From positions 1 through 38,433 of the IMG/VR virus record IMGVR_UViG_3300033067_001055: a stretch of DNA of 38,433 bases. The stretch is one strand, 5' to 3'. Below the pieces are notes generated by a model. It saw nothing but the letters and a program-made list of their open reading frames with translations, searched no databases and was not told where the DNA came from. Positions 24,672 to 35,811 of the stretch are shown here, one piece after another. The position numbers were made by a program, and so were the translations under genes. Each line of letters begins with the position of its first letter. The stretch's first letter is position 1. This DNA comes from a virus. Lineage: Duplodnaviria; Caudoviricetes.

Positions 24672-25907
24672 ATGACTAATTCAGTGTTAACAGTAAAACA
24701 GGCGCAGACCATCATCAGCAAGACTGCGGCTGCCATGTTCAAGGACAAGTGTCAGTTCCTGAACACCATCGACATGGAACCGGATAGCACTTTCAAGGGT
24801 GCAAACGGCTACATGGCTGGCGACACCATCAACATTGCGAAGCCTGCTCGCTTCTCGATGAACACCACGGCGGACATTACGTCGGCTATTCAGGACATTG
24901 AGGAAGATAAAGTCGCCCTTGCCCTGAGCCGTCAGCGTAACGTGCCGGTTGCCATGACCAGCGCCGAGATTGCGACTGACCTCGCACTTAAGGACTGGAT
25001 GAAGCGCGTTCTTGAGCCAGCTATCACCACGCTGTCCAACGGCATCGAGGCTGAGTGCCTTGGCGACGTTGCCGACCTCGTTGGTAACTCGGTTGGCACA
25101 CCCGGCAGCAATCCGTTTGACACGGATACCATGCTGACGGCTCGTGAGCTTCTGAGCAAGAACCTCTGCCCGTATGACGATAAGCGCTATGCGCTTCTCG
25201 ACAGCGGCGCGATGCGTAAGGCTACTAACGCTCGCAAGGGTCTGTTCCAGTCCAGCAGCGAGATTGCTTCTCAGTATAAGAATGGCTATGTCGGTCAGGC
25301 CGATGGCTTTACTTATCTGGAAAACAACCTGCTGCCGACGCATACCAACGGTAACGACGTTGGCGGCGTAACGGTTAAGACCACTGTCAGCACTCCGGGT
25401 CAGTCGACCCTGATTGTGCAGGGCCTGACCACCACGACCGGCACTGTCACCAAGGGCTCGGTTATCACGATTGACAACGTGTTCGCTGTCCATCCGGTAA
25501 CCGGCGTTGCCTATGACCACCTCCAGCAGTTCATTGTGCTGAACAATGAAACCGCTGATGGCGCAGGCGAAGCTACCCTTGATCTGTATCCGGCGTTCTA
25601 CACCAGCACCGGCCGCAAGACCGTGAGTGCATATCCGCAGTCCAGCGCGGCTATCACTTTCGTGGGCACCGCGTCGCAGTCCACCATCAACAGCGTTGCT
25701 TACCACAAGTCGGCTTTCCGCTTTGTGTCTGCTCCGCTGGTGCTGCCGAACGGCGTCCACATGGCCTCGCAGGAGCGCGTTGATGGCGTAAGCATCCGCA
25801 CCATTCAGGACTACACCGTCCTGACTGACAAGCTGGTGATGCGTATTGACGTTCTCTACGGCTTTACTGCGGTTCGTCCGGAGTGGGCGGTTCGTCTGCC
25901 TAACTAA
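24672..25907 (+). CDS. Major capsid protein, P22 coat family
   Basis: GDTINIAKP, RIDVLYG...RPEWA; strongly biased codon use. Confidence 0.92.
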   Translation: MTNSVLTVKQAQTIISKTAAAMFKDKCQFLNTIDMEPDSTFKGANGYMAGDTINIAKPARFSMNTTADITSAIQDIEEDKVALALSRQRNVPVAMTSAEIATDLALKDWMKRVLEPAITTLSNGIEAECLGDVADLVGNSVGTPGSNPFDTDTMLTARELLSKNLCPYDDKRYALLDSGAMRKATNARKGLFQSSSEIASQYKNGYVGQADGFTYLENNLLPTHTNGNDVGGVTVKTTVSTPGQSTLIVQGLTTTTGTVTKGSVITIDNVFAVHPVTGVAYDHLQQFIVLNNETADGAGEATLDLYPAFYTSTGRKTVSAYPQSSAAITFVGTASQSTINSVAYHKSAFRFVSAPLVLPNGVHMASQERVDGVSIRTIQDYTVLTDKLVMRIDVLYGFTAVRPEWAVRLPN

Positions 25908-25915
25908 GGTAATGG

Positions 25916-25941
25916 GCGGGGGTGGGCAACCATCCCCGCTT
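25916..25941 (+). terminator. Hairpin after the coat gene
   Basis: GCGGGGGTGG-GCAA-CCATCCCCGC, short U tail. Confidence 0.6.
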
Positions 25942-25965
25942 AACCGCTAACCAAGGAGTTCGAAA

Positions 25966-26475
25966 ATGGCGAAGAATAAAGTAAAGTTTGAAGGTGCGTT
26001 GGCTGAGGATACCCGCAAAATCCTTAACAACAACTTCCGCGATGTGAGCGTCTCGACGGCTGTCCTGACGGCAAATGCAAACACCACGCTTGCCAATGTG
26101 GCGGGCATGGTGACTGACGAGCTAGAGCCGGGCAACTACACGTTCCGCATCTTCCTGCCGGTGGATACCAACGCTTCGGCTGGCATCAAGATTGCCCTCA
26201 AGCAGTCTGTTGCATCCATGCTCACCTCGATTGAGTATGACGCGCAGGGCTTTGCTGCCTCTGCCGTGGCTGCATCGCGTGGCACTACTGCAACCGACGC
26301 TGCAAGCATCTTTGCCGCTACGGCTGCATATGTGAATGTTGTTGTGTTCGGTTATGTCACCGTAGCCAAGCGCGGCACTTTGCAGTTGCAGGCAGCGCAG
26401 AACGCTTCCAACGCGTCCAACACGACCGTTCCGGTCGGCGCTTGGATGGAGTTCACCCGCGTAACCACTGGTTGA
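25966..26475 (+). CDS. Putative virion structural or decoration protein
   Basis: AAGGAG RBS; beta-rich Ala/Thr/Val composition; follows coat. Confidence 0.6.
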   Translation: MAKNKVKFEGALAEDTRKILNNNFRDVSVSTAVLTANANTTLANVAGMVTDELEPGNYTFRIFLPVDTNASAGIKIALKQSVASMLTSIEYDAQGFAASAVAASRGTTATDAASIFAATAAYVNVVVFGYVTVAKRGTLQLQAAQNASNASNTTVPVGAWMEFTRVTTG

Positions 26476-26482
26476 GGATAAC

Positions 26483-26746
26483 ATGAAAACCGTCAAATAC
26501 ATTAAAGGCGATAGCGTCAAGTTTACGTTTGACGCATATGCCGACAAATTGGCGGCTGAGGGGTGGGCATTGGCTGAAAAGGCTGATGCTCCCCCTGTAG
26601 CCGACGAGCCAGAGCAGTTTGGAGAGCCTAAGGACAACCGCAGGCTGGCATTATTTGCCGAAGCTGTGGCGCTTGGCCTAAGGCCGCATCACCGCGCTGG
26701 CGAGGATAAGCTGGAGCAGATGATTAAGGAAGCCAAGGGAGGCTGA
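26483..26746 (+). CDS. Hypothetical protein
   Basis: GAGG RBS; ALGLRPHHRAGEDKL short helical motif. Confidence 0.7.
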   Translation: MKTVKYIKGDSVKFTFDAYADKLAAEGWALAEKADAPPVADEPEQFGEPKDNRRLALFAEAVALGLRPHHRAGEDKLEQMIKEAKGG

Positions 26747-26747
26747 C

Positions 26748-27440
26748 ATGGCAACGGCGAGGACTATCATCCGCAGGGCGATGCAAAAAGCTGGCATCCT
26801 CTCAAAAACGGAACAGCCCTCGGCCGATGAGGCTAACGACGCACTGGATACGCTTAACGATCTGTTGAGCAGCGTCAGCAACGAAAATCTGATGATTTAT
26901 GCCCGGTTAACGGAAAGCTTCACCCTAACGGCAAATCAGGCCAGCTATACGATTGGCACCGGCGGCAACTTTAACACGTCGCGGCCGGTTTCAATTGCCT
27001 CTGGCTTTGTCAGGATTGGCGGGCTTGACTATCCGTTATACCCGTTGCGGGATACGTCCTATGATGAAAATGTTAACATTAAAGCTCTTAGCAATATTCC
27101 TGAGCGTTATGTTTATGATAATGCTTTCCCGCTCGGCACTCTGACGCTTTACCCTGTGCCGTCTAGCGCATGGCAGATATTCCTGCGTATGGAAAAGCCG
27201 CTTTCTCAATTCACTCTTGACGATGATGTGGCGCTGCCGCCCGGATGGTCACAGTTTCTTATCTATCAGCTTGCCGTTTTGCTGGCTCCTGAATATGGCG
27301 TCCCGCTTGACCCCAAGATTGAGGAAATTGCCAAGCAGAGCAAGGCAACCATTGAGCTACAAGTGGCGCGTAACCGCAGCATGGACACGCAGCCGATTGG
27401 AGCAGAGCCGTTTAACATTTATACCGGGATGGGCTACTAA
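26748..27440 (+). CDS. Head-to-tail adaptor, P22 gp4-like
   Basis: TARTIIRRAM..AGIL...DALDTLNDLL; YQLAVLLAPEYG. Confidence 0.8.
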   Translation: MATARTIIRRAMQKAGILSKTEQPSADEANDALDTLNDLLSSVSNENLMIYARLTESFTLTANQASYTIGTGGNFNTSRPVSIASGFVRIGGLDYPLYPLRDTSYDENVNIKALSNIPERYVYDNAFPLGTLTLYPVPSSAWQIFLRMEKPLSQFTLDDDVALPPGWSQFLIYQLAVLLAPEYGVPLDPKIEEIAKQSKATIELQVARNRSMDTQPIGAEPFNIYTGMGY

Positions 27441-28843
27441 TGAAGATTGGCCTTGTTGGCCCCTCTTACGTCATGCGCTCGCTGCCGTTTGACGCGCAGC
27501 GCACAGTTAACCTATACCCTGTTATTGACGAGCAAGGCAAGGAAGTTGCCAGCCTTTACGGCACACCGGGACTTGAGCTATTTGCCGAAGCTGGTGCAGG
27601 GCCGGGGCGCAAATGCTTTAGGTCATCCAATGGCCGCGCTTTTGTGGTTAGCGGCTCAGTGCTTTACGAGATTGACGAAAACGGCACAGAAACCTCACGC
27701 GGCACCCTTGACCAGAGCGACGGTAACGTCAGCATTGACGAAAACGGGCCGCAGCTTGGCATTTGTGACGGCACTAGCCTTTACATATTCACCTATGCGA
27801 CTAACGCCTTTACCAAAGTAACCGGCACCGGATTGCCTGCTAGCGTGTCATTTGTGGCATCTATTGACGGCTATTTTATCTGCTCCGAAACTGATAGCGG
27901 CCGGTTTTACATTTCCAGCCTGCTAGACGGTTTGGCATGGGATGCACTTGATTTTGCTACAGCAGAAAGCAACCCTGACAATTTGCTAGCTGTTGCTCGC
28001 TCGGCTGGGCAGTTGTTTCTGCTTGGCTCGCAGACGTTTGAAATCTGGACTAACACCGGCGCATCGGCGTTTCCTTTCCAGCGCATTAGCGGTGCTATTG
28101 GCGACGTCGGCATATTGGCTCCGCACAGTGTAATTGACCTTGACAATACGCTAATTTGGGTGGGGCAAGACAAAAACGGCAAAGGCGTTGTTTATCGGAC
28201 GCAGGGCTTTCGGCCGCAGCGCGTGTCAACTGAGGCAATCGAGATTGTTCTGCAATCTGCCGAAAACCCGGAAAACATGCGCGGCTGGCTTTACCAGCAG
28301 GACGGCCATACTTTTTACGTTATTACAGGCGGCGGGCTTGGCACTAGCTTGTGCTTGGATTTGTCAACTAACCTTTGGCATGAGCGGGCCTATCTTAACG
28401 GTGACGGCGAGTTCGAGCAGCATCTAGCGGCTGACTGCATGTTCGCCTTTGGCAAGCACTTGGTTTGCGACCGCCGCAACGGCAATGTTTACGATATGCG
28501 GCTTGACGTTTATTCCGACAATGGCGAGGCAATCGCCCGCGAGAGAACCTACACACATATTAGTGACGAAAACCGGGAAATACGTTATAATAGGGTCGAA
28601 ATCGGCTTTGAGACTGGCGTTGGATTACAATCCGGGCAAGGCTCTAATCCGCTGGTTTCCTTGCAGCTATCAAAGGACGGCGCTCGCACTTGGTCTGACT
28701 GGTTTACCGCGTCGATTGGCGAAACCGGGCAGTATCAGACGAGAGTTGTATTCCGCCGCTTGGGGATAGCTGACCAGATGACTTTCCGCATCCGCATCAC
28801 TGACCCTGTTAAGGTTGCAATAACGGGGAGCTATCTTGAGTAA
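27440..28843 (+). CDS. Packaged-DNA stabilisation / tail hub protein, P22 gp10-like
   Basis: FATAESNPD, YQQDGHTFY, WHER, SKDGARTW, FRRLG. Confidence 0.88.
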   Translation: MKIGLVGPSYVMRSLPFDAQRTVNLYPVIDEQGKEVASLYGTPGLELFAEAGAGPGRKCFRSSNGRAFVVSGSVLYEIDENGTETSRGTLDQSDGNVSIDENGPQLGICDGTSLYIFTYATNAFTKVTGTGLPASVSFVASIDGYFICSETDSGRFYISSLLDGLAWDALDFATAESNPDNLLAVARSAGQLFLLGSQTFEIWTNTGASAFPFQRISGAIGDVGILAPHSVIDLDNTLIWVGQDKNGKGVVYRTQGFRPQRVSTEAIEIVLQSAENPENMRGWLYQQDGHTFYVITGGGLGTSLCLDLSTNLWHERAYLNGDGEFEQHLAADCMFAFGKHLVCDRRNGNVYDMRLDVYSDNGEAIARERTYTHISDENREIRYNRVEIGFETGVGLQSGQGSNPLVSLQLSKDGARTWSDWFTASIGETGQYQTRVVFRRLGIADQMTFRIRITDPVKVAITGSYLE

Positions 28844-29276
28844 TCTTGCTCCCCCGCCTATTCAGGAAAGTGTAGTTGAGCGCGACGGCGTGGCGACGCT
28901 GCCGTGGATTTTGTTCTTTAACAACATTTTTGAAGGCGACACCGGAACGGATTGGACGCCAACATTTACCAACCTGACGCAAGCGGGCGGCGCTGCCACC
29001 ATTACCGGCCGCTATATCATGTTAACGCAGAGGCTGGCTTATTTCCGCGTGACGGTTACGCCTGCTAATTCAGGCTCTACTTCGGCAGTGGCAGGGTCAA
29101 CCACGATTGACAATTTCCCGCTGGTATTCGCGCAGAACGGCATTGTTTTTGCGGTTTCTGGCTTGCTCGGCACTAACTCCGGCATGGTCAATCAGGCCGA
29201 TAACAAGGTTTATGTTCCATCGTGGACGACTGTAACTGTGCCGGTAACGGTTATTGGATTGGTGGAGGTGCTATAA
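28836..29276 (+). CDS. Putative tail needle/plug protein
   Basis: Position after gp10; LPWILFF N-terminus; beta-rich C-terminus. Confidence 0.5.
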   Translation: MSNLAPPPIQESVVERDGVATLPWILFFNNIFEGDTGTDWTPTFTNLTQAGGAATITGRYIMLTQRLAYFRVTVTPANSGSTSAVAGSTTIDNFPLVFAQNGIVFAVSGLLGTNSGMVNQADNKVYVPSWTTVTVPVTVIGLVEVL

Positions 29277-30490
29277 TGGCGCAAAACGCATCACAAATCT
29301 GGCAAGGTTTGCCGTTTCAGACGCAAAAGTATTACATCAAGAAGGGTGCCATTAACAACACTCCCGGCTTTCTTGATAACATGAGCGGCGACCAGCTTTT
29401 GCAGCGCATTAACGCGGTAAACCGGGTTAAGGGCGGCGCTGAGATTTATGACCCGGCACAGATTGACGCGGCTGCATCCCCCCTGATTGCACAGCGCAAC
29501 AAGCGCGGCATTGGCGGTATTCTCGGCACTGCGCTTAACGTGGCATTGCCCATTATCGGCGGCGCTATTGGCGGGCCTTTGGGCGCAGCGGCTGGCGGTG
29601 CCATTGCTGGCGGCGCTACTGGTGGCAACCTCAAATCTGCCTTGATTGGAGGCGCTACGGCGGGCGCTACGGCTGGATTATCCAGCGGCCTTGGCAACGT
29701 GGCAAAGGTCGGGAAGCTTGGCGGCGGTTCTGCAGGCTCAGGCATACTCGGCAGCCTTACCCGCGCAGGCGGAACGCTGGCAGATATTGGCTACGGGCTG
29801 GATAAAACCATTAACACAGCGTCAGGCATCGGCCGCACGATTAGCGGTGCCGTTGGCTTGCCGGGGCCAAAAGCAGCAACATGGGGTGGCGCTACATCCG
29901 CGCCAGCAGGAGCAGGGGGGAGTATTACTATGGGCAATCCGTTAGCTACGGCGCTAAGTGGCGTTAAGCAATACATGACGCAGAGCGATATTGAGGATGA
30001 GCTGATGAAAGCCCAGCGGCAGGCTCAGTCTGCCATCAGCCCCTTTGCGGCCACGGGATATCAGGCCAACCGTCAGCTTGCTGATGCTTTGGCGGCTGGT
30101 TTTAACCCCGGCGACCTAGAGAATGATCCCGGCTATCAATTCCGCATGGGTCAGGGGCAGCGCCAGCTTGAGCAGAGCTTGGCAGCGCGTGGCCTTGGAC
30201 AGTCTGGCGCGGCGCTCAAGGCGGCTCAGGAATACGGCCAAAACTTTGCCGCTAGCGAGTTTGCCGATGCTTATAACCGTTGGCTGCAAAACAATCAGCA
30301 GCTTGCACAGCAGAGCGGTCAGGGATTGGGCGCGGCTGGCGCTACGGCTGATATTTACGCCAACATGGGCAACATCGGCGCTAACGCTATTGCGGGCCGC
30401 AATAACGCTGTTACCGGAACGCTATCAAGCATACTGAGCGGGCGTGGTATTATCGGCTTTGACGCGATGGGGAACCCTGTATATGGCTAA
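29276..30490 (+). CDS. DNA ejection/pilot protein
   Basis: Gly/Ala-rich hydrophobic segment; DPGYQFR...SGAALKA motif. Confidence 0.75.
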   Translation: MAQNASQIWQGLPFQTQKYYIKKGAINNTPGFLDNMSGDQLLQRINAVNRVKGGAEIYDPAQIDAAASPLIAQRNKRGIGGILGTALNVALPIIGGAIGGPLGAAAGGAIAGGATGGNLKSALIGGATAGATAGLSSGLGNVAKVGKLGGGSAGSGILGSLTRAGGTLADIGYGLDKTINTASGIGRTISGAVGLPGPKAATWGGATSAPAGAGGSITMGNPLATALSGVKQYMTQSDIEDELMKAQRQAQSAISPFAATGYQANRQLADALAAGFNPGDLENDPGYQFRMGQGQRQLEQSLAARGLGQSGAALKAAQEYGQNFAASEFADAYNRWLQNNQQLAQQSGQGLGAAGATADIYANMGNIGANAIAGRNNAVTGTLSSILSGRGIIGFDAMGNPVYG

Positions 30491-30695
30491 CCTTTTTGCC
30501 TCACTGATGGGTAACGGCGCTCAAATGCCAGAGCAGGGGCAAGCTATGCCGTTTGCCCTTCCCGGCATGGAAATGAACGCACCCAACATGATGCAGCAGC
30601 AAATGCAGCCGATGGGGCTAGGTCGCGCACTTATGGGCGGCGTTGGCCTGCTTAATCCGCGTGGTTTTGACATGTTTGGACAGGGGAGGTTTTAA
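30483..30695 (+). CDS. Met/Gln/Gly-rich small protein
   Basis: Overlap-coupled; low complexity. Confidence 0.5.
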   Translation: MANLFASLMGNGAQMPEQGQAMPFALPGMEMNAPNMMQQQMQPMGLGRALMGGVGLLNPRGFDMFGQGRF

Positions 30696-31822
30696 TGCCC
30701 GCACCCGATTTAAGCACATTTCAGCGAGCCAAGAGCTTTGCCGACTTTGACAAGGAAGCAATTGATGAAGCTCGCCAGCGGGCGGCTCAAGCGCAGGCTT
30801 TGCAAATCCAACGGCAAAATCAGGAAATGCTGCAAAAGAAGTTTGAGCTAGAGCAGCAGGAGTTTGAGGCCGAAAAAGCAGCGCGTGGTAACGGCCTGTT
30901 TACTGGAACCAGTATTCAGGCGCAGATTGGCAACCAGATGCGCGAGCTTGGCTACACGCCGCAGCAGATTATTCAGGCGCTTACCACGCAGGGCATCCCG
31001 CTACAAGACGGCGGCTTCGCTACGTATAGCCGCGTTGGCACTGTTGGCGCACCTGCTGGTGCCGCACAAGCTACCGAGCCGATGCAAGCGCCCGCGCCAT
31101 TGCCGCAACAGCTTCCGGCAGGAGCGCCTGCTACGCCTGAAAATATCCAGTCTATGCTTGACGCAATGCCGAACACCACCGGGCTTTCTCCCGCACAGCA
31201 AGCCAATCGCAGGCGTGTGCAGCCGGGCGTTCAAATCATGGTTGAGCCGGGAATGAAAATTACCGAACAGCGTGAAATGGCAAGCAACCTAAGCAAAACT
31301 GAGCAGCAAGCCAATAACGCTCTTAACGTCATCAACGCGCTGATTGATGAACAAGGCAACTTAAGGCCCGAAGCTGCTGCATCTGTTGGCGGCATTGGCG
31401 GTATTCAGGGGCGCATGGCTGAGGCTTTCCCAGTGACAGAAAACCAGCGGCGCACTCAGCCATTTATTGACCAGCTTAAGGGTCAGGCTTTCTTAACTGC
31501 GTTTGAACAGCTAAAGGGCGGCGGTCAGATTACCGAAGTTGAGGGCCGCAAAGCAACTGATGCAATTATCCGGTTGCAGCAATATCAGAGCGAGAAAGAC
31601 TTTGCCGCTGCTCTTAAAGACCTGAGAGACATTGTTAACACTGGGCTTGCCCGCGCTCGACGGGTTAGCTCAGAGTTTAGCAACCCGGCCGAGCCGATGG
31701 GATCTGCCCCTGAAAACGTGCAAGCGGGTAGCGGTGAATTGCAGCCGGGCACCATTCAGGACGGATACGCTTACATGGGCGGCGACCCGGCAAATCCCTC
31801 TAGCTGGCAAAAGGTGCGCTAA
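30695..31822 (+). CDS. Putative ejection protein
   Basis: LKGQAFLTAFEQLKGGGQITEVEGRKA; C-terminal DGYAYMGGDPANPSSW. Confidence 0.7.
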   Translation: MPAPDLSTFQRAKSFADFDKEAIDEARQRAAQAQALQIQRQNQEMLQKKFELEQQEFEAEKAARGNGLFTGTSIQAQIGNQMRELGYTPQQIIQALTTQGIPLQDGGFATYSRVGTVGAPAGAAQATEPMQAPAPLPQQLPAGAPATPENIQSMLDAMPNTTGLSPAQQANRRRVQPGVQIMVEPGMKITEQREMASNLSKTEQQANNALNVINALIDEQGNLRPEAAASVGGIGGIQGRMAEAFPVTENQRRTQPFIDQLKGQAFLTAFEQLKGGGQITEVEGRKATDAIIRLQQYQSEKDFAAALKDLRDIVNTGLARARRVSSEFSNPAEPMGSAPENVQAGSGELQPGTIQDGYAYMGGDPANPSSWQKVR

Positions 31823-33288
31823 TGGCTGGGCCTTGGGAAAAATACGGCGGCACACAGCAGGAAACCGGGCCTTGGTCAAAGTATCAGGCTCCGGCGGTAT
31901 CTGCTGCGCCTGCGGCTGGAACTGAGCTTGCTGCTCCCAAGCGCACGGTTGGAGAGGAATTGCGCCGCCAGCTTGGCTTGACCGGCCGTTATATTGCCGA
32001 GGGCGCCGCGAACACTGTTGGCATGGTTACTAACCCAATATCTGAGGGCATGCGGCAGCTTGGCTTGCCGGTTAAAGACATTTCACAAGCAACCACTGAG
32101 TTGCTTAACATGGGCGGCGTTCCGCAACCTGAAACAGGGCTAGAGCAAGTTGTTGGCGCAGCCTCTCGCGGCGTCTCTGGCGCTGCCTTGCCGCTGGGCA
32201 TGGCGCAGCGCGGCACTAGCTTGCTGGCAAGTGAGCTTGCAAAAAATCCATTAACGCAAATCGGCGCTGCTGCTGGCTCCGCAGGGGCCGGGGAAGTGGC
32301 AAATCAGGCAGACGTTGGGCCATTGGGCCAAGTGGCGGCATCGCTAGCTGGTGGATATCTCGGCGGCCGCGTTGGCGGTAACATTGGCGCACGTATTGGC
32401 ACTGATGCACCACGGCCAGCCGCTCCGCGTAGGTTAACCGCTGAGGACATCCGCGCTCAGGCATCTAGCAGGTATGCTGAGGCCGAACAGGCTGGCGGCG
32501 TATTGAAGCCGGAAACCACTGACAAATACCTAAACGATATTGCCAGCATCCGGCCAAAGGATGAGGTCGCTCGTCAGCTTGGCGGACGTGATTTTATTGC
32601 AGAAAACGCTGATGTATTTGAAAGTATGCGCGGCCAGCCGATGACACTTGAGCGAGCCACCGCGATTGACCAGCGCCTAACCGAATTGCTTGATGCTGAA
32701 ACCATCTTGGGCAAGCCAACGCAAAACGGCAGGCAAATCCTGTTAGCGCAGCAAAAGTTGCGGTCTATCATTGATAACGCATCCCCCGACGATGTAGTCG
32801 GCGGCACTCAGGGCTTTTATGCGTTAAAGGATGCTCGCCGGTTGTGGTCACGTTCTGCCAAGCTGCGCGATATTGAGGCTATTATCCAGCGGGCTAGCGG
32901 TATGGAGCAACCGGCAACCGGCATCCGCACTGGATTTAGAACCTTGCTTAACAATCCCAACCGCCTGCGCGGATATTCGCCGCAGGAAGTTGATGCAATT
33001 CGTAAAGCATCGCAAACAGGCATTGTCGGCAATTTGTTTAGGGCTTTTGGCTCGGGGCTTGTTCCTATTGGCGCTGGCGTTGCTGGCGCTGCTGGCGGGC
33101 CTTTGGGTGCTGGCGCGGCTGGCTTAACCGGCTATGGCATCCAACAAGCGTCAAAAGCCATTGGCGAAAATATGCAGATGGCTAGAGCTAATCGAGTAGC
33201 TGAATTACTTGCTGGCTCAACGCCAAAACAGAGCGACCCGCAACGACTTGCAAGGCTACTTGGAATTGCCGTTGGAGCAAATCAATGA
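31822..33288 (+). CDS. Putative ejection protein
   Basis: GPWEKY/GPWSKY N-terminal repeats; helical, Gly/Ala-rich. Confidence 0.7.
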   Translation: MAGPWEKYGGTQQETGPWSKYQAPAVSAAPAAGTELAAPKRTVGEELRRQLGLTGRYIAEGAANTVGMVTNPISEGMRQLGLPVKDISQATTELLNMGGVPQPETGLEQVVGAASRGVSGAALPLGMAQRGTSLLASELAKNPLTQIGAAAGSAGAGEVANQADVGPLGQVAASLAGGYLGGRVGGNIGARIGTDAPRPAAPRRLTAEDIRAQASSRYAEAEQAGGVLKPETTDKYLNDIASIRPKDEVARQLGGRDFIAENADVFESMRGQPMTLERATAIDQRLTELLDAETILGKPTQNGRQILLAQQKLRSIIDNASPDDVVGGTQGFYALKDARRLWSRSAKLRDIEAIIQRASGMEQPATGIRTGFRTLLNNPNRLRGYSPQEVDAIRKASQTGIVGNLFRAFGSGLVPIGAGVAGAAGGPLGAGAAGLTGYGIQQASKAIGENMQMARANRVAELLAGSTPKQSDPQRLARLLGIAVGANQ

Positions 33289-33316
33289 TACATTTACACC
33301 CGCAGGGAGTTAAATA

Positions 33317-35449
33317 ATGGCCGTTCTATTTACCCCGCCTTTTGTGCAGTTTTCGGACAGCAACGGCAATCCGCTTGCTGGCGGCAAAATCTACTCATAC
33401 TCGGCCGGAACCACCACGCCAAAGCCTACCTACACCACGGCAGCGGGAACGGTGCAGAACGCCAATCCGGTTATTTTGGATAGCGCGGGCCGGGCGGTTA
33501 TCTTTATTCAAGGCTCTTATCGCTTTGATGTGTTTGACGCGAGCGATAACCTTATCCGCTCGGTTGACAACGTAACCAGCTTTAGCACTCTTTCCGACAG
33601 CGAAAGCGCGTTTTTCCAGTCATTCTCCGGCAACGGCTCGCAGACGCTGTTTACCCTTACCGACCCGCTCGGCACTGATGAAAAATCAATCATGGTTTTT
33701 ATCAGCCGTGACCAGCAGAGCTATGTTAGCAACGGTGATTTTGCTACTGACACGGTATGGACAAAGGGAACCGGTTGGAGCATTGGCGCAGGCGTAGCGA
33801 CGGCAACTGGCGCTATCAGCACGGCTATTTCTCAAACTGCACCGGCCACGCTTACGGATGGCGCTGCTTACCGTGTAACCTACACAATCACTCGCTCGGC
33901 TGGCGGTCTTATCCCGTCTATCGGCGGCGCTAACGGAACAGAGCGAACAGCAACCGGCACTTATACGGAAATCATCATTGCTGGCTCGACGCAGGCAATT
34001 GCGTTTACCGGAAACGGCTTTACCGGAACGCTGGATAACGTCGTTATTGAAAACATCGACACGCTTGGTTACGAAATTCAGAACCCGTCAACCTACACAC
34101 TTGACGGCGACGAGCTGACCTTTGCATCGGCACCGCCTAGCGGCACAAACAACATTTACGTATTCGCACCGTCAACGCTGGTTGGCGCTGCTGCTGCTGC
34201 GGCTGACCAAGCCATCCTTGCTGAAACTGGCGCACTTGCTGCACAGGCGGCGGCTGAGGCGGCTGTGCTAGTTGTGGAAAATCAAAAGCTGATCTGGCAA
34301 GGCCCTTGGGCGGCTGGCACGTATCAGATTAACGATGCGGTGACGCATAACGGCTCTAGCTGGATTGCAACCGCAGTTACCACGCAGGAACCATCCGGCG
34401 CGGCTACTGAGTGGGATTTGCTTGCCGAAAAGGGCGCTAACGGATCTGGCGGCGTTCCTACGGCTACCGCTTCGCAGTATGGCAGCACTTTGATTTCCAA
34501 CTATCTGACTGGCGCTCCGCAATGGTGGGCTGGTAGCGTTAACGTAGCATCGGCTAGCTCTATTGACCTTTGGGGCGCAGGCTCCCCGCGTGTTGTAATC
34601 ACCGGAACCACGACAATTACGAGCTTTGGCACACCGCCAGCTAGTTCCGATGCAATGGTCATGGTGCGCTTTACAGCGGCTCTGACGCTAACGCATAACA
34701 GCACGACGCTATGGCTTCCCGGTCAGGCCAATATCACCACGGCTGCCGAAGATAGGGCGCTATTCCGTCCACGCGGTACGTCAGGCTGGGAGTGTGTTAG
34801 CTATCAACGCGCCAATGGTCAGCCTATAGCCTATGACAATGAGCTTGCGGCTATTGCTGCGCTCACGGCTGCTGCTGACAGATTGCCTTATTACACGGGC
34901 GCTAGCACTGCTGCGCTAGCCACGCTAACTTCGTTTGCCCGCACGATACTTGATGATGCAACCGCCGCTGATGCAAGAACAACTATCGGCGTTAATCTGA
35001 CCATTCCTGACGTTATTTTGCAGCATCAGCAAACATCTGGAACTGCTGGCGGTAGCGCAAGCTCTGCTACTTGGAACACGGCACCGCTAACGACCGAAGT
35101 GCGCGATGTTAACAGCATTTGCACGCTTACGGCTAATCAGTTCAGCTTGCCAGCAGGCACGTATTACATTGAAACGGAAAGCCAAGCTTATCGCGTTGAC
35201 GGCCACAAGACGCGGCTTCGCAACATTACCGACGCTGCAAGCACTCTAATCGGAACAAATGCCCACGCCAACAGCACTAACGGCGGCACTTCAAGCACAA
35301 TGTCAGGCTCTTTCACTATTGCCGGGACAAAGACCTTTGAATTGCAGCACTACACGGTAACAGCGCGAGCAACAGATGGCCTTGGCCTTAACCTCAGCAC
35401 CGGCGAGACTGAAATCTACCGCACAGTGCGGATTTGGAAAACAGCTTAA
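33317..35449 (+). CDS. Tail fibre/spike
   Basis: [30 protein letters not shown] particle-binding N-terminus; [19 protein letters not shown] fibre repeat. Confidence 0.85.
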   Translation: MAVLFTPPFVQFSDSNGNPLAGGKIYSYSAGTTTPKPTYTTAAGTVQNANPVILDSAGRAVIFIQGSYRFDVFDASDNLIRSVDNVTSFSTLSDSESAFFQSFSGNGSQTLFTLTDPLGTDEKSIMVFISRDQQSYVSNGDFATDTVWTKGTGWSIGAGVATATGAISTAISQTAPATLTDGAAYRVTYTITRSAGGLIPSIGGANGTERTATGTYTEIIIAGSTQAIAFTGNGFTGTLDNVVIENIDTLGYEIQNPSTYTLDGDELTFASAPPSGTNNIYVFAPSTLVGAAAAAADQAILAETGALAAQAAAEAAVLVVENQKLIWQGPWAAGTYQINDAVTHNGSSWIATAVTTQEPSGAATEWDLLAEKGANGSGGVPTATASQYGSTLISNYLTGAPQWWAGSVNVASASSIDLWGAGSPRVVITGTTTITSFGTPPASSDAMVMVRFTAALTLTHNSTTLWLPGQANITTAAEDRALFRPRGTSGWECVSYQRANGQPIAYDNELAAIAALTAAADRLPYYTGASTAALATLTSFARTILDDATAADARTTIGVNLTIPDVILQHQQTSGTAGGSASSATWNTAPLTTEVRDVNSICTLTANQFSLPAGTYYIETESQAYRVDGHKTRLRNITDAASTLIGTNAHANSTNGGTSSTMSGSFTIAGTKTFELQHYTVTARATDGLGLNLSTGETEIYRTVRIWKTA

Positions 35450-35463
35450 CAGGGAGAAAAACA

Positions 35464-35811
35464 ATGAATGACACGATTATGGACATCAACAGCACCCTAT
35501 ACCCTATCTCGGTAGCGCAAACGAGCGTTAACATTGCGCTAGCTGGCAATGACAAGCAGGACAGGGCGCTGCAAAGCCGTGGCTTTAACGTCAACCTGAC
35601 CAGCGTTGCAAGCAATCCTGTGTTTGCTGTGGCAGGCATCGGCGCGGCCGTAACTGCGGTTTACCCGGTTAGCGGAACAGCCACTAACGGCAAGCTTATC
35701 CCGGCTGGCTCCTCGATGACGTGGCGGCTGCCAAAAGGCACCACGCACATCTCGCTGATTTCAGCGGCAGGAACCAACCTTATCGGCGTTTCTGTTGACG
35801 AGGGCGTATGA
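35464..35811 (+). CDS. Hypothetical, probably virion-associated protein
   Basis: GGGAG RBS before ATG 35464; beta-rich. Confidence 0.65.
   Translation: MNDTIMDINSTLYPISVAQTSVNIALAGNDKQDRALQSRGFNVNLTSVASNPVFAVAGIGAAVTAVYPVSGTATNGKLIPAGSSMTWRLPKGTTHISLISAAGTNLIGVSVDEGV

Noticed and set aside
24687-25760. Long antisense ORF (357 aa) opposite the capsid gene; similarly 570-1355 and 15960-16760
   Set aside because: Shadow ORFs produced by codon bias of the true genes; no recognisable motifs
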